Source: Succinivibrionaceae bacterium (GTDB taxonomy: Bacteria; Pseudomonadota; Gammaproteobacteria; Enterobacterales; Succinivibrionaceae). From it: DNA of 64,000 nt. The notes under the pieces were generated by a model, which had not been told where the DNA came from, made no database searches, and worked only from the letters and a program-made list of their open reading frames with translations. Positions 28,513 to 37,176 of this stretch are shown piece after piece (the stretch's first letter is position 1; the number at the start of each line of letters is the position of its first letter). The stretch lies in assembly GCA_019420905.1 (NCBI GenBank), contig JAHZGH010000010.1, positions 2,332 through 66,331 of the forward strand, in the 5' to 3' direction. The translations under genes and the position numbers were made by a program.

Positions 28513-29390
28513 TTACCTTCCTTACGCAGGATAATCTCCTCACGGCCAGCTTCAGTTAGGGTAACTGAATTGTCATGAATTTCGATAAAACGCTGTTTAT
28601 ACAGCAAGCCTATAGTTTTTTTAAATTTAGCTTTTGACATATGCAGATAATTTTCAATATCTTCAGGAGAGGATTTATCCGAAAAAGGCAGAGAACCTTT
28701 ATTTTTAAAAATGATATCTAAAAGCTCTGAGGCTGCATGCTCAACACCACTTCGACCTGGTTCCTGCATAGAAATATCCAAGCGACCATCATCGCGAATA
28801 TTTACCACATAGGCATCATAGCGTTTACCACTGCGAATTTCTCCTTTTTGCGAGCTTGCATAAATCAAGCCGTAATAAAGATCATCAACCGCCACTCGAT
28901 AGCCCAATGGCGTCCGCTCAACTGGTACGCAAGTAACTTTCTGTCCAACCTTATATTCTCCAGCAGGGGGAACGTCTTTAAGATAGCGGTTAAGTCTCTG
29001 CGTTCCAAACAACCGCCCATAATTATCTTCAGCAATATAGATTAATGCACTACTGCCTACTTCAAAATTAGTACGTTGTTCAGATACTGGCACTAACAGC
29101 TCTTTAGGAATACCTAAATCTAAATATGCTGTACCGCAATCAATTGAGGTAACCATCAATCTGCCCACCATGCCTTTTTGCAAATACGGGCGTCTTGCCG
29201 TAGCTAAGACTCGGCCACCGTCAACATATAAAAATACTCTTAAAGTATCTCCAATCTCTAAATTTGCCGGCAATTGCTTTCTAGGTATAAATAATTCACC
29301 AAAACTATCCCCATCAATAAACGCACCCTGATCGGTAATCTTTACTACTTTACGGGATATCATTTTTCCAATTTCAAGATCAGAACTCAT
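28509..29390 (-). CDS. S1-like RNA-binding domain protein (CvfB/YitL family)
   Basis: Repeated S1-like modules (GAFIDGDSFGELFIPRKQ, TAYLDLGIPKELLVPVSEQ) plus a C-terminal winged-helix-like segment. It overlaps the sohB start by 4 nt. Confidence 0.72.
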   Translation of the reverse strand: MSSDLEIGKMISRKVVKITDQGAFIDGDSFGELFIPRKQLPANLEIGDTLRVFLYVDGGRVLATARRPYLQKGMVGRLMVTSIDCGTAYLDLGIPKELLVPVSEQRTNFEVGSSALIYIAEDNYGRLFGTQRLNRYLKDVPPAGEYKVGQKVTCVPVERTPLGYRVAVDDLYYGLIYASSQKGEIRSGKRYDAYVVNIRDDGRLDISMQEPGRSGVEHAASELLDIIFKNKGSLPFSDKSSPEDIENYLHMSKAKFKKTIGLLYKQRFIEIHDNSVTLTEAGREEIILRKEGN

Positions 29391-29587
29391 ATAAAAGCTC
29401 CATCAAAAAAAACATTCTTTTATTTATATTAAACCATTTTTTCAAAAGGTCTTAAACAAAAACTCTAGTTATTGCAAGTAATTACCACGCTATCTCACAA
29501 AGTTTAAGAAATTTTTATTTACTTGTACAAATATTCTCAATATGTCACAATCGTTACTTAGAATTTTGGTTATTTTAAGTATTTATT

Positions 29588-29974
29588 ATGAATTCAGCAA
29601 ATCTAACTTTATTATTCATAGGCTTAGGCGGATTTTTAGGAGCAATTTTAAGAGCCTTAACCGGAATGATTTTGACTAAGACTCCTTTTATATTAGGAAT
29701 TCCTTTAGCAACTTTGATAGTCAATATAACAGGCTCCTTTCTTATAGGAATATTTCTTTGCGCTCCTCATATCTTAGCTCATCCAAATTTAAAAGCTTTT
29801 TTAACTGCTGGGCTCATGGGCGGACTTACAACCTTTTCAACCTTCAGTTTCGATAATTTAAATCTTTTAAACCATCATTTATTTATACAAGCATTTTTTA
29901 ATATTGCTTTAAATGTATTCTTAGGCTTACTCGCCTGTTATCTCGGAAGCCTTATAGGCAAGCATTTTATGTAG
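29588..29974 (+). CDS. crcB: fluoride ion channel CrcB/FluC
   Basis: 128 aa with 4 TM helices and CrcB signature-like GGFLGAILR and GGLTTFSTF motifs. Confidence 0.9.
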   Translation: MNSANLTLLFIGLGGFLGAILRALTGMILTKTPFILGIPLATLIVNITGSFLIGIFLCAPHILAHPNLKAFLTAGLMGGLTTFSTFSFDNLNLLNHHLFIQAFFNIALNVFLGLLACYLGSLIGKHFM

Positions 29975-30109
29975 ACAATAATATTAGCGCAAGCTTTTAC
30001 TTATGGACTAAAAATATATCTAATTCTCTGCTAATAAAAACTAAATAATAATTAAAATCTATTATTTTTCTTCATATCTTTGATATTTTTAAGTTTTTTA
30101 TCCTTATAT

Positions 30110-30146
30110 AAAAAAACACCTAAACTATAAAGTTTAGGTGTTTTTT
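30110..30146. terminator. bidirectional terminator downstream of rplY
   Basis: ACACCTAAAC-loop-GTTTAGGTGT flanked by an A-run and a T-run. Confidence 0.8.
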
Positions 30147-30162
30147 ATAGAGCAACTTCTTA

Positions 30163-30447
30163 TTAGACGCGTAAGAAGTCTAAATGAAGCATACGCTCAG
30201 AAACCGGGTGACGCTGAATGTCAACAGGCTTTACGGCAATCTTTTCGCCGTTTAAGGAAATAGTTAAGCCGTTAAAGAACTCATCCTTTAAGCTAGCTGC
30301 AATGAGTTTCTTCTCATCTAATAAAATAGAAATAGCATCCTTGCCCTGACCGATGATAATTGCAGGGATTTGCTCGTTACGACGATGGCGGCGGCTCGCA
30401 CCTCTTCCGAAGTCGGAACGGACAGTTGCTTCTAATTCGATAGCCAT
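30163..30447 (-). CDS. rplY: 50S ribosomal protein L25 (short form)
   Basis: 94 aa. The GRGASRRHRRNEQIPAIIIG motif is typical of L25. Confidence 0.93.
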   Translation of the reverse strand: MAIELEATVRSDFGRGASRRHRRNEQIPAIIIGQGKDAISILLDEKKLIAASLKDEFFNGLTISLNGEKIAVKPVDIQRHPVSERMLHLDFLRV

Positions 30448-30567
30448 ATTAAAAATTCCTATGTTATGAATTTAATTTAAAATAAGATAAAATTAACTTA
30501 CTGTGTTCCTGCGACCAAAAACACAGTGCGAGTAATTATAACAAAAAAAGGCATTAAAGCAAAATTT

Positions 30568-31089
30568 ATGGAAAACTATCAAAGACCTTCTAAAGATGAA
30601 TCTTTTATGGAAATTGCAGTTGCCGTTTCCATGCGCTCTACATGTTTACGCCGTCGCTATGGTGCCGTAATTGTTTCTAAAGATGGCCGCATTGTTTCTA
30701 CAGGATACAATGGAGCTCCTCGCGGAAGAGCTAATTGCGTTGATTTAGGGTTCTGCTTACGCAAACAATGCAATATTAAACCTGGTACTCACTACGAACT
30801 CTGCCGAGCTGTACACGCTGAGGCTAATGCTATTGTCAACGGTAATCCGCTTGATATCGTAGGCTCTACCCTATACTTAGCTGGTACTGACGTTGATAGC
30901 GGTAAACCTACTTCACAAATGCGTCCCTGCGCTATGTGTGAGCGTTTAATTTTAAATGCACAGATAGCCCGCGTAGTTATGCGCAATGAGCAAGGCAAGC
31001 TATTTAGCGTAAATCCTCTTAACTGGGAAGACGATCTGCCTGAAAAATTAACAGCAATCTTAAATAAACAGGAGGAGTGCGGATGTTAA
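30568..31089 (+). CDS. dCMP deaminase (ComEB/deoxycytidylate deaminase family)
   Basis: Zn motifs HAEANAI and PCAMCERLI. I prefer the ATG at 30568 (MENYQ...) to the upstream GTG of the track. Confidence 0.85.
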   Translation: MENYQRPSKDESFMEIAVAVSMRSTCLRRRYGAVIVSKDGRIVSTGYNGAPRGRANCVDLGFCLRKQCNIKPGTHYELCRAVHAEANAIVNGNPLDIVGSTLYLAGTDVDSGKPTSQMRPCAMCERLILNAQIARVVMRNEQGKLFSVNPLNWEDDLPEKLTAILNKQEECGC

Positions 31090-31706
31090 AGCTCGAAGAT
31101 GTTTATAAATATAAAGCTCTGATTTTCGATTTAGACGGCACATTGGTCGATTCAGAACCTTGTCACCTAAAAGCCTGGCTAGAAGTACTTGCTAAATACA
31201 ACCTGCCGCCTATGGATCTCAATTATATGCAAAAAGTCGGCGGCATCAGTACTTATAAAATATGTGAAATGTACTGTCGTGAGCATCATAGACCAGAACT
31301 TGATACTAAAAGCATTTCTTTAGAAAAGATTACACTGTATAAGAAAAAATATATGCAGCAAGTAAGCGTCCATCCATATATAGCATCAATCTTGTGTGAA
31401 GCTCACGATAAAGGAATCAAAACTGCTGTAGCTACCGGTTCTCAATTACCAGAAACCGAATTCTTGCTCAAAAAGCACAATCTTTTAGATAAAATTGACA
31501 CTATTGTTTCATCAGACCAAGTCTCACATTGTAAACCAGCTCCAGATACTTATCTGCTAGCTTCAAGACGATTAGCTACCGTTCCTTCACAATGCTTGGT
31601 ATTTGAGGACACTAATATAGGCCTTCAGGGTATTAAAGCTGCAGGCATGACAGCCGTACAGGTTTTTGAAGGAAAAATCATCTCTGATTTTATCGTTGCG
31701 GAATAA
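31083..31706 (+). CDS. HAD-superfamily hydrolase (beta-phosphoglucomutase/YqaB-like sugar phosphatase)
   Basis: FDLDGTLVDSEP motif I, ATGS motif II and K...FEDTNIG motif III. An AGGAGGAG RBS lies 6 nt upstream of the ATG at 31083. Confidence 0.8.
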   Translation: MLKLEDVYKYKALIFDLDGTLVDSEPCHLKAWLEVLAKYNLPPMDLNYMQKVGGISTYKICEMYCREHHRPELDTKSISLEKITLYKKKYMQQVSVHPYIASILCEAHDKGIKTAVATGSQLPETEFLLKKHNLLDKIDTIVSSDQVSHCKPAPDTYLLASRRLATVPSQCLVFEDTNIGLQGIKAAGMTAVQVFEGKIISDFIVAE

Positions 31707-31708
31707 TC

Positions 31709-31745
31709 AAAAAAATAACCTTCATTTTTGAAGGTTATTTTTTTA
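31709..31745. terminator. bidirectional terminator between the HAD gene and the aldo-keto reductase gene
   Basis: ATAACCTTCA-TTTT-TGAAGGTTAT flanked by an A-run and a T-run. Confidence 0.8.
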
Positions 31746-31751
31746 TATTAC

Positions 31752-32621
31752 CTAAGCTTCTTCAACTAACTTTGGACTTAGCTCAGCAGGTCTGTTATCT
31801 ATTTTATCAGGATCGTAATTACGTCTTTCATTACTATTCATATCGGAAATAATTTCCAAATCCTGTAAAGAAAGATCAAAATCATAAAGCTTGGAATTTA
31901 GTAAAATCCGCTCAGGATGTACTGATTTAGGAATAACCGCTATACCTCTTTGAATATCCCAGCGCAAAATAGCTTGCGAAGGCTTAATCTTATAATAATT
32001 ACAAATGCCGATTAATCGAGGATCGTCTACCAAAAGCCTTCCTTCGCCTCCCAAAGGAGAATAAGCTTCCATCAGGATATTCTTTTTACGGCAATAGGCT
32101 AGCAGCTCCTCCTCTGTGTTTACTGGATGAATTTCCATCTGATTTACCTGAGGGATTGTTGTAGCTCCAGCTTTCTCTAATGCTTCTAAATGATGGATCT
32201 TAAAATTAGAAACTCCTATCGCACGGCATAATCCTTCTTTTTGTAGCTTTTCAAGCTCTATATAAGCTTTTTCAAAACCTTTAAACGGCCAATGCAGCAA
32301 AAATAAATCGACATAATCTAAACCTAAACGCTCAAGCGAGCCTAAAAGGCCTGCTCGCGGATTTTCCCAATCGGTTTTCCACAATTTAGTAGTTACAAAA
32401 ATTTTATCTCGACTTATACCGCTATCGGCTATGCCTCTGCCTACACTTTTTTCGTTGCAGTAAGCTCGCGCCGTATCCAGCATACGATATCCGTATTCTA
32501 AAGCACATCTTACAGCCTGACGAGCAACTTCTCCTGATGGAGTATGAAATAAGCCCAAACCTAATAAAGGCATCTTGACGCCGTTATTTAAGGTTACAGT
32601 AGAATCAATCGTAAGCTTCAT
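31752..32621 (-). CDS. aldo/keto reductase (DkgA-like)
   Basis: AKR fold motifs LDTARAY, FVTTKLW and LLHWP, plus C-terminal IPKS. Confidence 0.88.
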   Translation of the reverse strand: MKLTIDSTVTLNNGVKMPLLGLGLFHTPSGEVARQAVRCALEYGYRMLDTARAYCNEKSVGRGIADSGISRDKIFVTTKLWKTDWENPRAGLLGSLERLGLDYVDLFLLHWPFKGFEKAYIELEKLQKEGLCRAIGVSNFKIHHLEALEKAGATTIPQVNQMEIHPVNTEEELLAYCRKKNILMEAYSPLGGEGRLLVDDPRLIGICNYYKIKPSQAILRWDIQRGIAVIPKSVHPERILLNSKLYDFDLSLQDLEIISDMNSNERRNYDPDKIDNRPAELSPKLVEEA

Positions 32622-32726
32622 AAATAAATCAGCGTAAAATTCAAAAGAATCTACGCCCCTCCTTTTTATTTTAGCAATATATGTTAAGTGCTGCCCAAGG
32701 CTCTAATTTATATAAACTATATTTTT

Positions 32727-33713
32727 TTAGGCATCTTTCATTACTTTATATGCTTCAAGCAGTAAATTAGGATTAGCTTTGCTTTTATGCATATTCAGCG
32801 ACAAATACTGCCTGTAACGCCGAGCCCCATGACAGCCGTTAAATAAATTTAAAACATGCATAGCCATATGATGAAGCTTATGCCCTTCAGAAACAAACTG
32901 CTCACACAGCTCAGCGGTTTCATAAAGAACCCTTTCGCGGCTCTTTACCTCACTTTTATCATTGAAAATTTGAGAATCGACATAGGCTAAAAGATATGGA
33001 TTATCAATAATAGCGCGTCCTAACATCACAGCATCGACCTTTTGTAGCTGCTTAAGACAATCATCAATAGTTAAAAGACCACCATTGATTGTTATATAAA
33101 GATCTGGGAACAATTCCTTCATTGCATAGACGCGTTCATAATTAAGAGGCGGTACTGAGCGATTTTCCTTAGGAGATAATCCGTTTAGCCAAGCTTTACG
33201 TGCATGCAGAATAATGTGGCGGCAGCCGCTTGCATAAATGGTCTTAACGATCTTTAAGGTATCTTCAAAAGAATCATTCTCATCAACGCCAATACGCGTC
33301 TTAACCGTAACTGGGATCTTGACCTGAGATTGCATTTTTTCACAAGCTTCGGCAATAACTTCCGGGGTTTTCATCAAAACAGCACCAAAAGAGCCGCTTT
33401 GAACCTTGTCTGAAGGGCACCCTGCATTTAAGTTAATCGCGCTGTAACCAAAGTCTTCGCCGATTTTAGCTGCTAAAGCAAGTTTTTGAGGATCACTTCC
33501 GCCTAATTGCAAAACACAAGGCAATTCTGCTTTATCATATGCAATCAAATTAAGCTTGCCATGAACTAAAGCCTCAGCAGCAATCATTTCCGTATATAAC
33601 ATCGATCTCTTAGTTAAGATACGAGCAAAACGTCTAAAAGCTGAGGTTGTAACATCGATCATAGGCGCGACCGCAAAACGATCGGACCGAAAATTTAAAC
33701 TTATATCAGACAT
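32727..33713 (-). CDS. dusA: tRNA-dihydrouridine synthase A
   Basis: APMIDVT N-terminal motif and the catalytic-Cys motif NLNAGCPSDKVQSG. Length and C-terminal helical domain are typical of DusA. Confidence 0.92.
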   Translation of the reverse strand: MSDISLNFRSDRFAVAPMIDVTTSAFRRFARILTKRSMLYTEMIAAEALVHGKLNLIAYDKAELPCVLQLGGSDPQKLALAAKIGEDFGYSAINLNAGCPSDKVQSGSFGAVLMKTPEVIAEACEKMQSQVKIPVTVKTRIGVDENDSFEDTLKIVKTIYASGCRHIILHARKAWLNGLSPKENRSVPPLNYERVYAMKELFPDLYITINGGLLTIDDCLKQLQKVDAVMLGRAIIDNPYLLAYVDSQIFNDKSEVKSRERVLYETAELCEQFVSEGHKLHHMAMHVLNLFNGCHGARRYRQYLSLNMHKSKANPNLLLEAYKVMKDA

Positions 33714-33716
33714 TAT

Positions 33717-34958
33717 TTAGGCAATATTCAGCATTTTAGCACAAGATGAGTCTAGCCATTTTGGATTGAATATCGGTAATTCTTCAGTTAATGATTTTAC
33801 TAATGAATTTAATTCCTTATATTTTTCATCACTTGGATTTTGCAAGAAAGTTCCTACATTACGGCCTAAAGCAATTAAACTTTCCTCATCTAGGCCTCTA
33901 GTAGTAACGGGCAAGGTTGAAAAACGTACGGCCTCATACTTAACATCAGAATAAGCCGTAAGCATATTGCAAATGCGAACGCCAATACCTAACTCTGCAA
34001 GTAGTTCCTGAGCTCCTCGTGCAGATAATGCGCAATTACGAGTATCAATCATTACCAAGTGAGATTGCGGCTCTCCGCAGAAAATCTTCATGCCGCCTTC
34101 AGTAAGTCCTAAAGCAAAACCCTTGGCATTTTTTATCACAGCCTGAGCATACTCTTTATGCAGAGGCTTAGACATCTCGTGCATACGCATCGCTAAAGCA
34201 GCCAGTTGTGGCGTCATTAAACCACGATGTCCTGAAGTCTGATTAGCCCTATCTATGACATTGGCAATTTTATTAGTAGATAAAATCACTGCAGCTTGTG
34301 GTCCCTGCATAGAACCATGAGAGCTAAAAGTAACAACATCAGCAAAAGGAACCGGACTTTTCATTGCTCCTGCGGCAATTAGGGATGCATTCTGAGAAAT
34401 ATCACACCATAAAATAGCTCCGCATGACTTTGCTATTTCTGACAAACGCTCATAATCAATATCTAATGGATAATTAATTGGAGAGATGATAATAAGATGA
34501 GGCTTGCACTGTTTAGCCTGTCTCTCTACAGCATCCATATCTAAAACTTGAGTTGAAGGATCTACACCGAAATTAACAAAGCGATACACCAAATTTTCAC
34601 TGTTGCAATGCTCTTTTTTACGCAGATCTAGAGACATTACAACATCTCCTCTTGAGGCTAACGCTTGAAATACTACACGTGAGGCAGCTTCAATGGATAC
34701 TGTGCGAATATTCGCTCTTTGAGCACCAAATAATTCACAAATACGCTTGCAAGTTAAAGATTCCAAACTTTCAGAACGATTTAAAATAAGATTTTCTGTA
34801 AAATTTACAAGAATATCTCCCATTAAAGAAGCACTTATAGGAGATGTTGCATTCTCGTCAGGAATAAATGACAAGCTGTGCTCTTGTCTTGATAATGCAT
34901 TCTTAAAAAAACCGTATAATTCTTTGTCAAAATTTTCAAGCAAACAAAGCGGATTCAT
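33717..34958 (-). CDS. serine hydroxymethyltransferase-like protein lacking the PLP-binding lysine
   Basis: Collinear with GlyA: SPVPFADVVTFSSHGSMQGPQAAVIL versus [26 protein letters not shown]. Gly (codon 34314-34316) occupies the Schiff-base Lys position. Confidence 0.8.
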   Translation of the reverse strand: MNPLCLLENFDKELYGFFKNALSRQEHSLSFIPDENATSPISASLMGDILVNFTENLILNRSESLESLTCKRICELFGAQRANIRTVSIEAASRVVFQALASRGDVVMSLDLRKKEHCNSENLVYRFVNFGVDPSTQVLDMDAVERQAKQCKPHLIIISPINYPLDIDYERLSEIAKSCGAILWCDISQNASLIAAGAMKSPVPFADVVTFSSHGSMQGPQAAVILSTNKIANVIDRANQTSGHRGLMTPQLAALAMRMHEMSKPLHKEYAQAVIKNAKGFALGLTEGGMKIFCGEPQSHLVMIDTRNCALSARGAQELLAELGIGVRICNMLTAYSDVKYEAVRFSTLPVTTRGLDEESLIALGRNVGTFLQNPSDEKYKELNSLVKSLTEELPIFNPKWLDSSCAKMLNIA

Positions 34959-35048
34959 AAATTTTCCTTAGGCAACTCTTAAATTAAAGATTTAAGAAAA
35001 TTATAACAAATAGTAAAACAAAACCATAAGTTACAGATCTCGTTACAT

Positions 35049-35078
35049 AAAAAAACATTGACCTGCAGCAAATGCAGG
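35049..35078 (-). terminator. terminator downstream of the anion permease gene
   Basis: CCTGCA-GCAAA-TGCAGG stem. On the minus strand it is followed by ...TGTTTTTTT. Confidence 0.5.
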
Positions 35079-35088
35079 CCAATTGAAT

Positions 35089-36351
35089 TTAGAACTCCCA
35101 CACATTAGGAACTATCAAAACGCATAATATAAACGAGATTATGCATAGTGGCAGGCCAACCTTAATATAATCCATAAAATGCAGTCCTGCCGGACTCATA
35201 ATAATAGTATTTGGAGGAGTAGCTACAGGAGTTGCAAAAGAACAGGAAGCGGCTATCGTAATCGCCATTGTTACGGCGTGCGGAGAAATCTGTAATTTTT
35301 CTGAAATCGAAAAGCCTATCGGAATCAATAATGCTGCTGTTGCTGTATTCGGCATAAATTGAGTTAAGCCGCACGAAATTAAAAATAGCACTGACATCAT
35401 AACTAAATCAGAGGGAGTGTCTCCCATCACAGCAATAACTGCATTAGCTACCATTTCTCCTGCCCCAGTTTGCTCCAATGCTGTTGCTAAAGGCAACATT
35501 CCTGCAAATAAGAAAATAGTAGTCCAATCAATTCCATGATAAGCCTGCTTTTCTGTAATGCAGCGAGTAAGCACACATAAAAGAGCTCCTGATACAGCAA
35601 CCATTGCTGGAGTCAATCCAGGAATGCCTATAATAAGACCGCCTACAACATAAGCTAAAATAATTAAAGCTAAAATACGTTGTCTCTTTGAACCTATAGC
35701 AATATGTCCTGAATCATCTTCCATAATTGAAGTATCGACTAAATGCTTAGGTAAGATTTTGCGGCCAATATAAAGCATAAACAGCATACTGGCAATAGCG
35801 ATCGGCCCGCCGATAATTGCAAACTCAAAGAAGCCGAAAGGCTCAAATCCAGCATTCTCTAAAGCAGCTACAGCCAGCATATTAGGAGGAGTTCCAACCA
35901 TGGTCAAATTACATCCCGTATTAGCTGCAACAGCTAAAGCCATTAATAAAGCTGCAGCCGGGATATTAGCTGATAGACACAATCCTAAAACCATCGGCAT
36001 TAAGCAGGCCACAGTTCCTGTATTTGATGCAAAAGCTGACATAAAAATCGTAACTCCCATTAAAGCTGCCATCAAAGGAAACTCCTGAGTACCGACTTTA
36101 TCAACCACATATTTGCCCACACTCTGCGCTAAGCCAGAATCAAGCATGGCCGCGCCGACTACAAACATACCTGCAAATAAAATCACGGTCGGATTCGAAA
36201 AGCCTGCAAAGCAATCCGATACAGACAAAATTCCGCAAATTGTTAAGCTTACAGAAGCCGTCATGGCTGTAACTGCAATTGGAATTAGCTCTGTAATAAA
36301 TAAAAAGGCAACTACGGCTAACACTATTAAAGTAACAACGGCAGGATCCAT
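35089..36351 (-). CDS. anion permease of the ArsB/NhaD-CitMHS/SLC13 superfamily
   Basis: 420 aa polytopic membrane protein. The N-terminus (VVTLIVLAVVAFLFITELIPIAVTAM) and repeat architecture are typical of the citrate-transporter-like family. Confidence 0.72.
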   Translation of the reverse strand: MDPAVVTLIVLAVVAFLFITELIPIAVTAMTASVSLTICGILSVSDCFAGFSNPTVILFAGMFVVGAAMLDSGLAQSVGKYVVDKVGTQEFPLMAALMGVTIFMSAFASNTGTVACLMPMVLGLCLSANIPAAALLMALAVAANTGCNLTMVGTPPNMLAVAALENAGFEPFGFFEFAIIGGPIAIASMLFMLYIGRKILPKHLVDTSIMEDDSGHIAIGSKRQRILALIILAYVVGGLIIGIPGLTPAMVAVSGALLCVLTRCITEKQAYHGIDWTTIFLFAGMLPLATALEQTGAGEMVANAVIAVMGDTPSDLVMMSVLFLISCGLTQFMPNTATAALLIPIGFSISEKLQISPHAVTMAITIAASCSFATPVATPPNTIIMSPAGLHFMDYIKVGLPLCIISFILCVLIVPNVWEF

Positions 36352-36530
36352 AAATTACTCCTAAAGCAATTTTGCATAAAAGTATCTATCTAAAATCTAG
36401 TAGATTTTTTTTTAATTTCCTATATTTAACTAAATATTGTGAATCAAGGCATAATCTTGTTATTAAACTTTGGTTATATATTTTTTTTATGCGATAATAC
36501 TGAGTCGAGACCTTATGGAAGCATATAACT

Positions 36531-36785
36531 ATGACCCCTCTTTTAAAGATCCTTCTTGGATTTGCAGTCTGCTTATTAACAACTTTTATATTTCGCTTCG
36601 CTATAGGAAACAACCGTGATCTGCACTTTAAAAGATCTATGCCTAAAAGCTTTCTTAACTTAAGGACCCCCATCGCTTTATATTTTTCTTTAGGCTATCC
36701 AGTGACCGCTAAAGGCTATGCCCTCTTAGGAATATTATTATTGATTTTATGGCTTGAGATTAGCTGTATAGCTTATTTGCTCTGA
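36531..36785 (+). CDS. hypothetical small membrane protein (84 aa, 2 predicted TM helices)
   Basis: Hydrophobic helices at both ends with a basic loop between them. A GGAAG lies about 10 nt upstream of the ATG. I know of no homology. Confidence 0.35.
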   Translation: MTPLLKILLGFAVCLLTTFIFRFAIGNNRDLHFKRSMPKSFLNLRTPIALYFSLGYPVTAKGYALLGILLLILWLEISCIAYLL

Positions 36786-37069
36786 TAAAATAAAAAGCTA
36801 ATAAATTTAGTTAATCACTTTTATCTAAAAAACTGCATATAATTTATTTGTCTTATATCTGCATAAAATAAAATTATTCTAAAAAGCTTCGATAAAGCTT
36901 CATGTTTTTATAAAACTCTAATATAAAAATTTGAGACTGTGCACAAAATAGATCCTTTTAACAAAATTCCCCCTAATTTACCCTCTATTTACTTTAAATA
37001 AAGAGCTATTTGTGAGATAATGATTACATAGTTTTTGCTTACTCAAAAAATATATTATTTCTATAATAA

Positions 37070-37099
37070 GCTGCCATAAAAAGGCGGCCTTTATTTTTA
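37070..37099 (+). terminator. terminator-like hairpin upstream of the M23 peptidase gene
   Basis: GCTGCC-ATAAAAA-GGCGGC (one G-U pair) followed by CTTTATTTTTAT. Confidence 0.35.
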
Positions 37100-37176
37100 T
37101 GGAGAAGTCGGTTTTATTAGTTGGCATCGTAAATCATTAAGCGTTGGCAGCCTCTTAACCGTTTATAAATTTACGT

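Noticed and set aside
29391-29587. Looked for a fluoride (crcB-motif) riboswitch upstream of crcB
   Set aside because: The 197-nt leader is very AT-rich. It lacks anything like the conserved GGnGAUGG...CCGCC...GAUGAUUCCU core or its pseudoknot partners. I cannot support a riboswitch.
36386-36673. 95-aa very basic minus-strand ORF
   Set aside because: The K/R/I/N-rich composition is what AT-rich non-coding DNA yields. It overlaps the more protein-like two-TM plus-strand ORF, and I know of no homology.
37115-37160. Direct repeat GTTGGCA...GTTGGCA upstream of the M23 peptidase gene, considered as a sigma54 (-24 GG / -12 GC) promoter
   Set aside because: Neither TGGCA has a GC dinucleotide at the required +10 spacing, so the sigma54 consensus is not met.
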